Source: a virus
DNA length: 64,000 bases
Virus record (IMG/VR): IMGVR_UViG_3300046167_000883
Location: 32,001 to 96,000 of that record
Reading direction: 5' to 3' (one strand)
Shown here: one piece after another, positions 50,885 through 59,018 of the stretch
Numbering within the stretch: position 1 is the first letter of the stretch
How the letters are laid out: every line of letters starts with the position of its first letter
The notes under the pieces: model-generated
Databases searched by the model: none
Told to the model about the DNA's origin: nothing
Seen by the model: only the letters and a program-made list of their open reading frames with translations
Translations under genes and position numbers: made by a program

Positions 50885-51682
50885 ATGAATATCAATACCG
50901 AACACTCCGCCAATCAAGAACTTCTTAACCTTCGCGTGTGCGCTGCCGATGAGGTAGACTTCGCAAAGGTTCAAGGCGTTACTACTCCAGAAGCCTCCGA
51001 TCGTTGGACTCCCATTGCTCACGATGCGCTCGTAAATCAATTCCGCGCGACAATCGACAACACTGAGCTTGAGATCGTTAACGAGCATCACTCGCTCCAC
51101 CGCTACGGTCAACGCTACTTTGGCTTGTTTCAAGTCAAGGGCGTGGGTCGCAAGCACGGCTCCGATGTTGGCACGGTGATGTGCCTCCGCAACTCACACG
51201 ACAAGGCTTTCCGCGCTGGCATCTCTGCTGGTGATGCGCCTTTCGTTTGCTCCAACTTGATCTTCTCAAATGAGATCGTGTTGGGTCGCCGTCACACAAC
51301 CCACATCATGCGCGACTTGCCGCAAATAATTTCCCGTGCGATTGGGCAGTTGATGGACTCGTGGACAACTACTGACAACCGCATTGACTCTTACAAGTCA
51401 ACTGATATCGATGACCGCGTGGCTCACGATCTGATCTTGCGCGGCTATCAAGCTGGCGCGTGTGGCAAGACGCAAATCGCCGACATTCTCACGCAGTGGC
51501 ACAAGCCAGAGCATGAAAACTTTGAGGGTCGCGATCTGTGGTCGCTTCAAAACGCTTTCACCAACGTGTGGCGTGGTAACACTCTCAACACCGCGAATCG
51601 CTCAAGCTCGCTGTACTCCGTGCTTGACACGTTCGCCTCGTGTGCGAATCCCGTGAAGGCTGAGGTGATTAACGCCTCGTAA
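50885..51682 (+). CDS. DUF932-like protein
   Basis: WTPIAH, LRNSHDK, FVCSNLIF, RRHT, LWSLQNAFT. Confidence 0.75.
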   Translation: MNINTEHSANQELLNLRVCAADEVDFAKVQGVTTPEASDRWTPIAHDALVNQFRATIDNTELEIVNEHHSLHRYGQRYFGLFQVKGVGRKHGSDVGTVMCLRNSHDKAFRAGISAGDAPFVCSNLIFSNEIVLGRRHTTHIMRDLPQIISRAIGQLMDSWTTTDNRIDSYKSTDIDDRVAHDLILRGYQAGACGKTQIADILTQWHKPEHENFEGRDLWSLQNAFTNVWRGNTLNTANRSSSLYSVLDTFASCANPVKAEVINAS

Positions 51683-51693
51683 ACTACCGCCGT

Positions 51694-51731
51694 GCCTCGC
51701 CTCAATCTTGGGGCGGGGCTTTTTCTTTTTT
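51694..51731 (+). terminator. rho-independent terminator
   Basis: GCCTCGCCTCAA-TC-TTGGGGCGGGGC followed by a T-run. Confidence 0.75.
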
Positions 51732-51742
51732 GCTTGACATTC

Positions 51743-51819
51743 GTAAGTGCTTGGTAATCAACGACTTACGCGGCTGCGGCCCCCCGCGACCTGTAACTCC
51801 TTGATATTCAACAACTTAC
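51743..51819. repeat. 77-bp double-palindrome element, copy 5
   Basis: GTAAGTGCTTG-GTAAT-CAACGACTTAC, 23 bp, GTAACTCCTTG-ATATT-CAACAACTTAC. Confidence 0.95.
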
Positions 51820-51949
51820 ACAACTAGGAGTTCTAAAACTATCTTAAAATTTTTTTGGTTTAGTTTACATTTGATTGCTTATTTGGTTTTGTTTACATTT
51901 GTCGAGTTATTTGGTTAGGTATAAATTGTCAAGCTTATTTGGTCGAAAT

Positions 51950-51985
51950 AAAAAAGGGGAGCGGTTTTTACGCCACCCCCCCTTC
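51950..51985 (-). terminator. terminator of the leftward early cluster
   Basis: A6-GGGGAGCG...CGCCACCCCCCTT hairpin just after the RuvB-like gene. Confidence 0.6.
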
Positions 51986-52004
51986 GAATGAATGAAACGA
52001 AGAA

Positions 52005-52934
52005 TTATTTCTTTTCGATGACGTTTAGACCTTTGCCTGTGATCTCGCGAGTGCCGTTGATCTTCATAAGACCACGCTTGAGCAGGTAGATCTCTGCATC
52101 GCGCTGGATGGCGGTGCGGCTCATGCCTGTGACAGCGGAGATCATTTGAAGCGAGCAGTTGCCACGTTCCTTGAGGATGTTGAGAATCTCAATCTCTAGG
52201 TTGGACAAACCAAGTGCTTTAATATCTAATACCTTGCACATCTTGCCCCAGTCATCTTTACTGAAGTCCTTGGAATTGTTAGTCTCGCAGTACAGCATGA
52301 TTTCTTTGCATCGTTTAACTGCGGAGCGAGCATTGCCGCGAGTGGTATCTGCAACCTCAAGACGCAGCCCATCTTCAAACTCGATCTCACCACAAACCAA
52401 ATCAATAATATCAGCCATCTCTTGTTGGGTGTATGGCTTGAAGTCCACAACAGTCAGACGATCCTTGAATGGAGCAAACAACTTATCCATCTCAGTAGTG
52501 GCAAAGATGAAATTCTGCTTGGCGAAATCGAACGCAAAAATTTGTTCGGCATGGTGGTATTCTTTGTAGCTACCTTTTTCGGTATTGAATACTGTAAGGA
52601 AGGCATTGACCAAATCTTTTGGCAGCATGTGTGCTTCATCCATAAGAATGGTGATTTCGTTGTGCATTACGATAGGCAGGAAAATCTGCTCGAAAAACGC
52701 GTTGGCGTTCTTGATGGTAGAACAGTTGATCTCAAGGAATGGGCGTTTGCTTCCGTCCTTATTCTTGAGGTTGGAGGCATACTCCTTGGCAAACTCAGTC
52801 TTACCCAATCCCTTCGCGCCACTCATCATAAGAAAAGGTGCGACACCTGTCTTGTTTTGAGCTTGAGCAAAAAATTCAAGTTGAGACTTAACTTGGTCTT
52901 GTCCAATAAGGTTTTTAAACATGGTAGTATTCAT
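52005..52934 (-). CDS. RuvB-like AAA+ ATPase
   Basis: LIGQDQVKSQL, GAKGLGKT, LMDEAH, FATT, DRL, RGNAR, C-terminal winged helix ExYLLxxGL..REIT. Confidence 0.8.
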   Translation of the reverse strand: MNTTMFKNLIGQDQVKSQLEFFAQAQNKTGVAPFLMMSGAKGLGKTEFAKEYASNLKNKDGSKRPFLEINCSTIKNANAFFEQIFLPIVMHNEITILMDEAHMLPKDLVNAFLTVFNTEKGSYKEYHHAEQIFAFDFAKQNFIFATTEMDKLFAPFKDRLTVVDFKPYTQQEMADIIDLVCGEIEFEDGLRLEVADTTRGNARSAVKRCKEIMLYCETNNSKDFSKDDWGKMCKVLDIKALGLSNLEIEILNILKERGNCSLQMISAVTGMSRTAIQRDAEIYLLKRGLMKINGTREITGKGLNVIEKK

Positions 52935-52967
52935 AGGTGGGTTATAGTGACAGATTGGTGGTGGATG

Positions 52968-53156
52968 TCAAGAAAAATTTCGATTTAAAATCGTAGTTAC
53001 ATTATCGTATACCTCATTAAATAATTCTTGCGCTTCGTCTGTAAAGACCTCAACATCATCAACCACCTCGATTGCCAGCCATTCGCCAATTCTGCGCTCG
53101 ACTTCATTCTCTGCGATTTCTGATGCGGCTTCCATTATTTTTTCTGCTGTATTCAT
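52968..53156 (-). CDS. acidic hypothetical protein
   Basis: Real start MNTAEKIME at 53156, TAATG-coupled to the upstream gene. Confidence 0.65.
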   Translation of the reverse strand: MNTAEKIMEAASEIAENEVERRIGEWLAIEVVDDVEVFTDEAQELFNEVYDNVTTILNRNFS

Positions 53157-53413
53157 TATTGGTGCAAAGTGAATGAGATTTTTTGTTCTTCTTCTGGCTC
53201 TGGTTGAGTAGGAGTAGTTGGCGTAGGTGCTGTACCTTGAATCGCCGCGCCCATCTGTTCCAACCACTTGCGTGATACAGGAATCTGCATAGCCTCACCG
53301 CAAAACATTTTGAGGTCGGCTAGTGTTACATTGGTGAAGGATGTCGAACCCTTCTTACGACCACTACCTGTTTTACGAGGTGTGCCATCTTTGTTTAGTG
53401 TTACTTTACTCAT
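53156..53413 (-). CDS. small basic DNA-binding protein (AT-hook-like)
   Basis: KDGTPRKTGSGRKKGS; own promoter TTGACT-N16-CATTAT. Confidence 0.65.
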   Translation of the reverse strand: MSKVTLNKDGTPRKTGSGRKKGSTSFTNVTLADLKMFCGEAMQIPVSRKWLEQMGAAIQGTAPTPTTPTQPEPEEEQKISFTLHQ

Positions 53414-53476
53414 GATGCCTACATAATGTCATACCATTTTAAAAAGTCAAGCGCGATTTTAATAAATTTAAAAAAA

Positions 53477-53641
53477 TTACTTCTGCTGGAGGAATGGTAC
53501 AATAGCCTTATATTCTTCCATCAAAGCCGCACCAAATTTTTCGTGTGATTCGGGGTCTTGTTCATCGAACTCTTGGATCGCCCCCATTAATCGAAAGGTT
53601 TTTTCTGTTAGGTTGTCGAGTGGGTTTGTTTCTTGTTCCAT
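53477..53641 (-). CDS. small hypothetical protein (54 aa)
   Basis: Hand translated MEQETNPLDNLTEKTFRLMGAIQEFDEQDPESHEKFGAALMEEYKAIVPFLQQK. Confidence 0.6.
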   Translation of the reverse strand: MEQETNPLDNLTEKTFRLMGAIQEFDEQDPESHEKFGAALMEEYKAIVPFLQQK

Positions 53642-53946
53642 AAGATTTTTTGTTTGGTTGGCGGTGAAGCATATTTGACACTTGGTAAGTTGTCAAGCAA
53701 TATTTGGCGATTTTTTAATTTGGCGACGAATTTAAGTGTAATATAATGTGAAGGTGGTCGCCCACAATAATCAGCTTTTAATAAATTTTTTTAAATTTGT
53801 GCTTTAAGGAAAACCTAGTAGTAGCCTCTGGAGTAATAAAAAATTATTCTGTCAGCTTAACAAGCAGCATATTTGAAACCAAGACAGTTCAACAGCATAT
53901 TTGCACTAAACCGAAATTGGCGACGATTTGGGGTTTTTTTGTTTGT

Positions 53947-54174
53947 TTAGTTTTGATTTAGTTTTTCTCTGCTTAATTCAATTTGTCTGTCCCAAAACTT
54001 ACCTTGGTAGTCCTGTACGATTCGCGGCACAAGTAAGAATGTATCCACCAGTATCCCACCGATACACGCTGCAAGCCGCACTATAGCTATAAACAGCCCA
54101 AAGAATGGGGTAATAACAGCCCCCACTATATAACATAAGGTAAGACCAAGGTAGTATCTGTGTATTGTTTTCAT
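53947..54174 (-). CDS. small membrane protein
   Basis: Long hydrophobic stretch in 75 aa. Confidence 0.55.
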   Translation of the reverse strand: MKTIHRYYLGLTLCYIVGAVITPFFGLFIAIVRLAACIGGILVDTFLLVPRIVQDYQGKFWDRQIELSREKLNQN

Positions 54175-54526
54175 AAGTTAATCGTATTAAAAATTTCGTT
54201 ATTTTAGAGAGCGAAAAGGGGCAATTCCCATCCCACTCCATATTCACCCATTTTGTCCCACATTTGTTTTTTATTCTTATACTGTTATGTATATACTCTC
54301 TATATATGTTTATGTGTGATACTATAGGGGTTTAGCGGGGGATGGCAAGAAAAATCTGAAAGAATTTTTCACCACTAAAACAAGTTGTGTGTAATAGATT
54401 TCGACAGGTAATTCGCGCCATCAGAGCGTGTTTTTTAAATAAATTTTTTTATAATCTCAAATTCGTTGTTGTTATTGCTTTCTATAGTTCGTAATACATT
54501 TGTTACCTGTTTGGCTTCATTTGTAA

Positions 54527-55114
54527 TTACATATCGTAATTGAACCGTTTGAAGTCCTCTTTCCAGAATGCCTTTACCTTTTCTTTAAGCGTTGGAGTGT
54601 AGTATTCCGTATAATGCTTGTGTGGCGTTTTGTTTTGGACGGGTAATATAGGGTTAATCAAGATACGATTCTTCCTTAAAAACAAAGAAAAATCCTTCTG
54701 TAAATTCTCAAACCTCAACACGTCTATCTTTGTATCGACATCCAAGTAATACGATTGACTATGGGAAGCGATTGTTTCCTCCTCCACGCAAAAGTCTATA
54801 AATTCCCCAAAATCTTTAAAGTCTACAGGAATAAATTCTGCCTTCTGTGAGAACTTATACTGAGACAACATTCTATCATAGGGATTTCTGCATACGGCAA
54901 AACAAAATTTTTTTAAAATTTCATCAGTGAGTACTTTTACTGCATCTGAAAGTTTACAGTGTGATGGCGCAAATATACCCATGTGATCCTTGGAATGCTT
55001 CAATGATTGCATATACTCGTCTTTGATCGTATTGATCGGAGCGACGTGATTGTATATACTAGTCGAAGCATTTTTGGGAATGCGTATAAATGTGACCAGT
55101 CTACCTTCAAACAT
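54527..55114 (-). CDS. sulfotransferase family (Sulfotransfer_2-like) protein
   Basis: FIRIPKNASTS (5'-PSB), CRNPYDRMLSQY (3'-PB), RFENL, HYTEYY, EDFKRFNY. Confidence 0.8.
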   Translation of the reverse strand: MFEGRLVTFIRIPKNASTSIYNHVAPINTIKDEYMQSLKHSKDHMGIFAPSHCKLSDAVKVLTDEILKKFCFAVCRNPYDRMLSQYKFSQKAEFIPVDFKDFGEFIDFCVEEETIASHSQSYYLDVDTKIDVLRFENLQKDFSLFLRKNRILINPILPVQNKTPHKHYTEYYTPTLKEKVKAFWKEDFKRFNYDM

Positions 55115-55295
55115 TTTTTGCTAGGATTTCCTCTAAGTCTATCTCAAAGTTGTTGTAGGCGTGTGAAGGGCTAAATTGCTTCATATCGTCGTCGAATATC
55201 TCCATAAGGTCTTGGGCTTCTTCAAAGCTTAATCTGCGCTTCTCCATAGCTTTATGTACCATACGGACGGCTTTAGTCTTATAATAGTCCTCCAT
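55107..55295 (-). CDS. hypothetical protein
   Basis: Likely start MEDYYKTK at 55295; an upstream 48-aa ORF 55295..55441 is TAATG-coupled. Confidence 0.55.
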   Translation of the reverse strand: MEDYYKTKAVRMVHKAMEKRRLSFEEAQDLMEIFDDDMKQFSPSHAYNNFEIDLEEILAKNV

Positions 55296-55579
55296 TACCC
55301 TCCGTTTCTTGTAACAAAATCCCAAATTTCTTCTGGTACTTCGTCTTTAAATTCATTGATAGCTTCTTTATCAATGCTATATAATTTTGCCAGCACAAAT
55401 ACAAGTGTCTGCTCGGTGAATGATAATCCAGTTAGTTTCATAATTTTTTAAATTTTTTTTCTGATGGTTTGGTTTGAAAAAAATGTAGCATCTGGCACTT
55501 GTCGCATTTGTATGAGTATATATAGCCTCCCATATACTGCCCATCGTTTTGATGGTCGAAAATTAACTTACCTCCACAT

Positions 55580-55786
55580 TCACAGTTCATTTTTTTTAAA
55601 TTTTTTTAAATCTTTTGCAAGTAGTTTTTTATCTTCTGCGCTTAATGATTCCACCCATTCATCTGATACATCTTCCAAGGATATCCCTTTACCAAACAAA
55701 ATTTTCTTTTCTTTTGTGTGGGGATAGAGCATATTCGTCATACCGAAATATGTATACGCTTTGGATTTAAGTGAAAAGTAACTCAT
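55580..55786 (-). CDS. hypothetical protein
   Basis: ORF track; ATGA-coupled to a 50-aa TM ORF at 55783..55935. Confidence 0.5.
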   Translation of the reverse strand: MSYFSLKSKAYTYFGMTNMLYPHTKEKKILFGKGISLEDVSDEWVESLSAEDKKLLAKDLKKFKKNEL

Positions 55787-55938
55787 TCGTTTTCAAAATA
55801 CTCTCTGTTTTTCTTTGCTATGCGTCTTTTGATTTCGCTTTGGTTATGATCGAACCAAGCGCAAAAGATTCCACAGGAAAGCACGAAGCCTAACACAATA
55901 AGCGATGCTAATATAATTCCATATTCGTAACTCATAAT

Positions 55939-56448
55939 TTAATATACCCAGATTGGTTTGTTCTTCTTCCAAGTAGCGAAGGGTTTGTCGTACTTGTAGT
56001 AAAGGCGGTACTTGCCAACTTCGTCAGCAGAATCAAAATTTTCGTGCTGTCTACAGTTCATGTGTTCACTAATTGCAATAGCAAAAGGTGTTTGGCTGCC
56101 AGCAGGATTGGATGACTTGCCGATATTCTCATAAGCCCAATGTAAAAACTCAGCAGAGAAGTGTGGATTGAAGCCGCGATCCAGACGCTCGACCTCCATG
56201 GCAAGCGAATGAGTCAGAAGCCACTTGAGATTGTCGATCGTAGCCCTAGCCCATATTGAACATGGGTGCTTCTCATAAGAATACTTGCGAGGCGTACCCT
56301 TCTTAGTCTTTGGTGCTTCTGCTAGTACCTCATGGGAAAAACAGTTAGCTACCATTTGCGCTGATTCAAGCACCATCTTGTTTACATGCTGATCGCACAG
56401 CCACTTTGCGGATTGAATCGGATCTTTATCTATGCAGAATATATTCAT
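55939..56448 (-). CDS. pyrimidine-dimer DNA glycosylase (DenV)-related protein
   Basis: MNIFCIDKDP..SA....DQHVNKMVLESAQM, HPCSIWAR, YRLYY; start fixed by TTGACT-N16-CATTAT-N7-ATG. Confidence 0.7.
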   Translation of the reverse strand: MNIFCIDKDPIQSAKWLCDQHVNKMVLESAQMVANCFSHEVLAEAPKTKKGTPRKYSYEKHPCSIWARATIDNLKWLLTHSLAMEVERLDRGFNPHFSAEFLHWAYENIGKSSNPAGSQTPFAIAISEHMNCRQHENFDSADEVGKYRLYYKYDKPFATWKKNKPIWVY

Positions 56449-56468
56449 TCTTACTATAATGGTTAATT

Positions 56469-56894
56469 TTAGGGTTGAGTCAAGGCTAATTCTACTTTTA
56501 ACCAATAGGCTTCAAGTCTTAGTTGCTTAATATCGTTGCGAGGGATTTCTACCCTACGCCAAGCAGACCCACCACCGTTCCAAATAAAAGCAAGATGTTT
56601 TGCGTTCGGCTTATCTATGCCTTTCATGTAGTGGCTGAAGATTGTATACGCTATAATATAAGCAGTCGAACGATTGTAAACAACTTCATGTGGCAAATCT
56701 TCACCAGTGATTCTGTTATAGTCCTTGACCATAATTGGTCTGATCTGCAAGCAACCTAACGCATTTTCTTTTTCGTTTATAGCGTACTTGTCTTGATTGG
56801 ATTCAACCTTTTCGATCGCGGTAATAACATCGACGATTGATACACCAGCGTTTAAGGATGAGCAAATTAAAATAAAAATTAAAAAAATCTTCAT
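56469..56894 (-). CDS. secreted lysozyme-like/transglycosylase protein
   Basis: Signal peptide MKIFLIFILICSSLNA; AIEKVES, GCLQI, WNGG lysozyme-fold motifs. Confidence 0.7.
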   Translation of the reverse strand: MKIFLIFILICSSLNAGVSIVDVITAIEKVESNQDKYAINEKENALGCLQIRPIMVKDYNRITGEDLPHEVVYNRSTAYIIAYTIFSHYMKGIDKPNAKHLAFIWNGGGSAWRRVEIPRNDIKQLRLEAYWLKVELALTQP

Positions 56895-57002
56895 AACGTG
56901 TTTTTTAAAAGTTAAGTTGGGCTTTTATGCGCTTACCCAACAGGTGATGAAAAATAACCATAGATCACACAAAACTACGACGCAATACCTTAGAGAAAAG
57001 TT

Positions 57003-57221
57003 TTAAGCGGTGTGCCGTTTAGCGAAAGAAATAAAATCGTGAGCTAAATTTTCAATATGTTCCCATACATATTCTGGATCCCAACCCTCAAAATGTTGCC
57101 ATTGATTTTCGTCAATGAATTTTAACAGTTCTTCTTCTGTCATATCTTGCCAATCAACAGGATATTCATCAGCGAGGAAGTGAGCGGATGCTCGGATAAA
57201 CGCTTCGTTTTCAATAGTCAT
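57003..57221 (-). CDS. hypothetical protein
   Basis: ORF in a co-oriented cluster. Confidence 0.65.
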   Translation of the reverse strand: MTIENEAFIRASAHFLADEYPVDWQDMTEEELLKFIDENQWQHFEGWDPEYVWEHIENLAHDFISFAKRHTA

Positions 57222-57225
57222 AATT

Positions 57226-57459
57226 TTATAGGTCTTGGTTGAGGCGATCTAAGTCGCCAATTTTATTGTTTTCGGTTGGTGAATAATCGGTTGATTTGAT
57301 AACGCCGCAAATTGAGGCGGTATAAATTTCATCTAAATCTAGAAGAGCTTCGTATTCTTTTTGAGCTTCCTCAAGTGTTTCAAAGGTTGTCCAGTTTGAA
57401 TCTTCAAAGAAACTACCATCTGGACGGTATTGTCTTACTGAATAAACTACGATATACAT
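57226..57459 (-). CDS. hypothetical protein
   Basis: FETLEEAQ motif; co-oriented cluster. Confidence 0.65.
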   Translation of the reverse strand: MYIVVYSVRQYRPDGSFFEDSNWTTFETLEEAQKEYEALLDLDEIYTASICGVIKSTDYSPTENNKIGDLDRLNQDL

Positions 57460-57467
57460 TTTTTTGT

Positions 57468-57680
57468 TTAGTCTAGTGATGTCTGATCCAAGCTATTTTT
57501 ATATTCTTTTAAGCTAAGTGTTTCGGTTTCGGTTTGAACGACAACTTCATATTCTTTGCCTGTCATAGCTTTCATTTGACGCTTACAATCCTTAGCGTAA
57601 ACCAACGCTTGTGGAAGTGATACGTCATAGAAGTTTTGTTCTTCACGAGTTTCTTTTTCTACTACTTTGTAGATTGCCAT
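57468..57680 (-). CDS. hypothetical protein
   Basis: Co-oriented cluster; A-rich leader. Confidence 0.65.
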   Translation of the reverse strand: MAIYKVVEKETREEQNFYDVSLPQALVYAKDCKRQMKAMTGKEYEVVVQTETETLSLKEYKNSLDQTSLD

Positions 57681-57714
57681 TTTTTTTAATTTTTTAATAA
57701 TTTATGTTTTAGTT

Positions 57715-57760
57715 GTTTTTTTTGTAGGGAGCGGGTAGATGTCTTCGCTACCCGCCCCCA
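57715..57760 (-). terminator. hairpin / possible terminator
   Basis: GGGAGCGGGTAG...CTACCCGCCCCC stem in an intergenic gap. Confidence 0.45.
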
Positions 57761-57772
57761 CGCTTTTGTTTG

Positions 57773-57967
57773 TTAGTTTAACTCGACTGCATCTACGAAA
57801 TCCAACGAGTTTGCTTCTGGTGGAATTTCATGAACCATGGAGAAGTAATCTTCAAAGCAAGCAAGAGCATCTTCCAGTTGTTCTGTAGGGTTGCCTTGGA
57901 TACCATGCGTTGCATCATATTCCATGTGTCCGTGCGAGTTTGTTAGTGTAATTCTAAGATGTTTCAT
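57773..57967 (-). CDS. hypothetical protein
   Basis: 64-aa ORF with TTGACT upstream. Confidence 0.6.
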   Translation of the reverse strand: MKHLRITLTNSHGHMEYDATHGIQGNPTEQLEDALACFEDYFSMVHEIPPEANSLDFVDAVELN

Positions 57968-58027
57968 TGTCGTAACTAAATAGCCAAATTAAATAAATAC
58001 AAAAGAAAGTCAATGTATAAATAACCA

Positions 58028-58873
58028 CTACTCTTCATCAGACCCTCCCATATCATCATCATAATCTTCTTCGGTGTTACCATCGGTGTAAACACCATAG
58101 AAGGGTTTGTCGAGTTCTGAATCGTTGGCGATTTCAATTTCCTCAAGAATCTCATACTTGGAGACACGGAGCTTTTGGCAAGAACAATCTTCTGGAACGC
58201 TCACAGCATCAGCAGGATTGAAGCGAACCATCAGAAGTTTACCATCACCAGATGCCCAACTTTGAGCGTAGTCAAACGAACCAACGTGCAGACCGTGTGA
58301 ACAGTTGTTGCGACGATCGTCGTCAACACAACGGCGTTGGACTTCGATTGTATCGCCAACACGATTGAGAATTTGACCACGCTCATTGACCTCACCTTGC
58401 AACACGGTTGTTTGAGTGTTGCCAGACTTTGACCAGCCATCGGAAGCTACACCCTTGTAGCCAATCACCCAACCATCTTCATCAATCGGTAGAGACTTAT
58501 AAGACAAGAAATCATACAATTCATCTACGCTGGACTTGCTTGGGTTGTCCAACAAATTTTTAATAAATTTAATAAAAGGTGCGGAATGAGACATTCCTGC
58601 TTGGAGAAGTTCCAAGAGCTTGTCAACTACTGCGCCATGCAGACGCTCGCTGTAATAATATACAGCACCATTATCAACACGCAATTCGCCATCGCTCCAA
58701 TTTGTGATTGTGGTCTTGATGTCGAGATAACTGATAGCGGTTTCAAAGTCGCCCTGCACCAACGCTTTTTTGAATGGCGTAAAGTTTGGCTGACTGCTCG
58801 ACAAAGTGTATGGCTTACCTTCGTAGATAAGAGTCGCACTTTGGTCGGATACGATATATGGATAATTTTCCAT
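58028..58873 (-). CDS. rIIB: rIIB-like protein
   Basis: GYKGV, VDDDRRNNCSHGLHVG, VRFNPADAVSVP, KLRVSKYE; adjacent to rIIA. Confidence 0.8.
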   Translation of the reverse strand: MENYPYIVSDQSATLIYEGKPYTLSSSQPNFTPFKKALVQGDFETAISYLDIKTTITNWSDGELRVDNGAVYYYSERLHGAVVDKLLELLQAGMSHSAPFIKFIKNLLDNPSKSSVDELYDFLSYKSLPIDEDGWVIGYKGVASDGWSKSGNTQTTVLQGEVNERGQILNRVGDTIEVQRRCVDDDRRNNCSHGLHVGSFDYAQSWASGDGKLLMVRFNPADAVSVPEDCSCQKLRVSKYEILEEIEIANDSELDKPFYGVYTDGNTEEDYDDDMGGSDEE

Positions 58874-59018
58874 TTGATTTTTCCTTTTGTCTTGGTTCTA
58901 GTTTTAGTTAAAGTTTATGCTAAGAATAATAGCTTTAAAGTGAAGTTTGTCAATACCTTTTTTGAGAAAATTTGCCTCGCCACAAGCTACCACCCTTGCG
59001 ACGAGGACTTATCTATGA

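Noticed and set aside
47869-51157. ORFs 47869..48177, 50677..50871 and 50696..51157
   Set aside because: Alternative-frame or antisense ORFs that run through the GC-rich elements or real genes.
47327-51819. Repeat array as a CRISPR array
   Set aside because: Units are 0.8-1.4 kb apart with genes between them, the 23-bp spacers resemble each other, and no cas genes are present.
47327-51819. Elements as canonical integron attC or Xer dif sites
   Set aside because: No consistent RYYYAAC/GTTRRRY ends or extrahelical bases, no XerD arm TTATGTTAAAT, cassettes carry their own promoters, and no integrase is in the window. Kept only as an analogy.
47327-51819. Elements as simple rho-independent terminators
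   Set aside because: No U-tracts, and element 5 follows a separate genuine terminator.
52005-52934. AAA+ protein as the sigma54 enhancer-binding activator
   Set aside because: No GAFTGA loop; the motifs follow RuvB.
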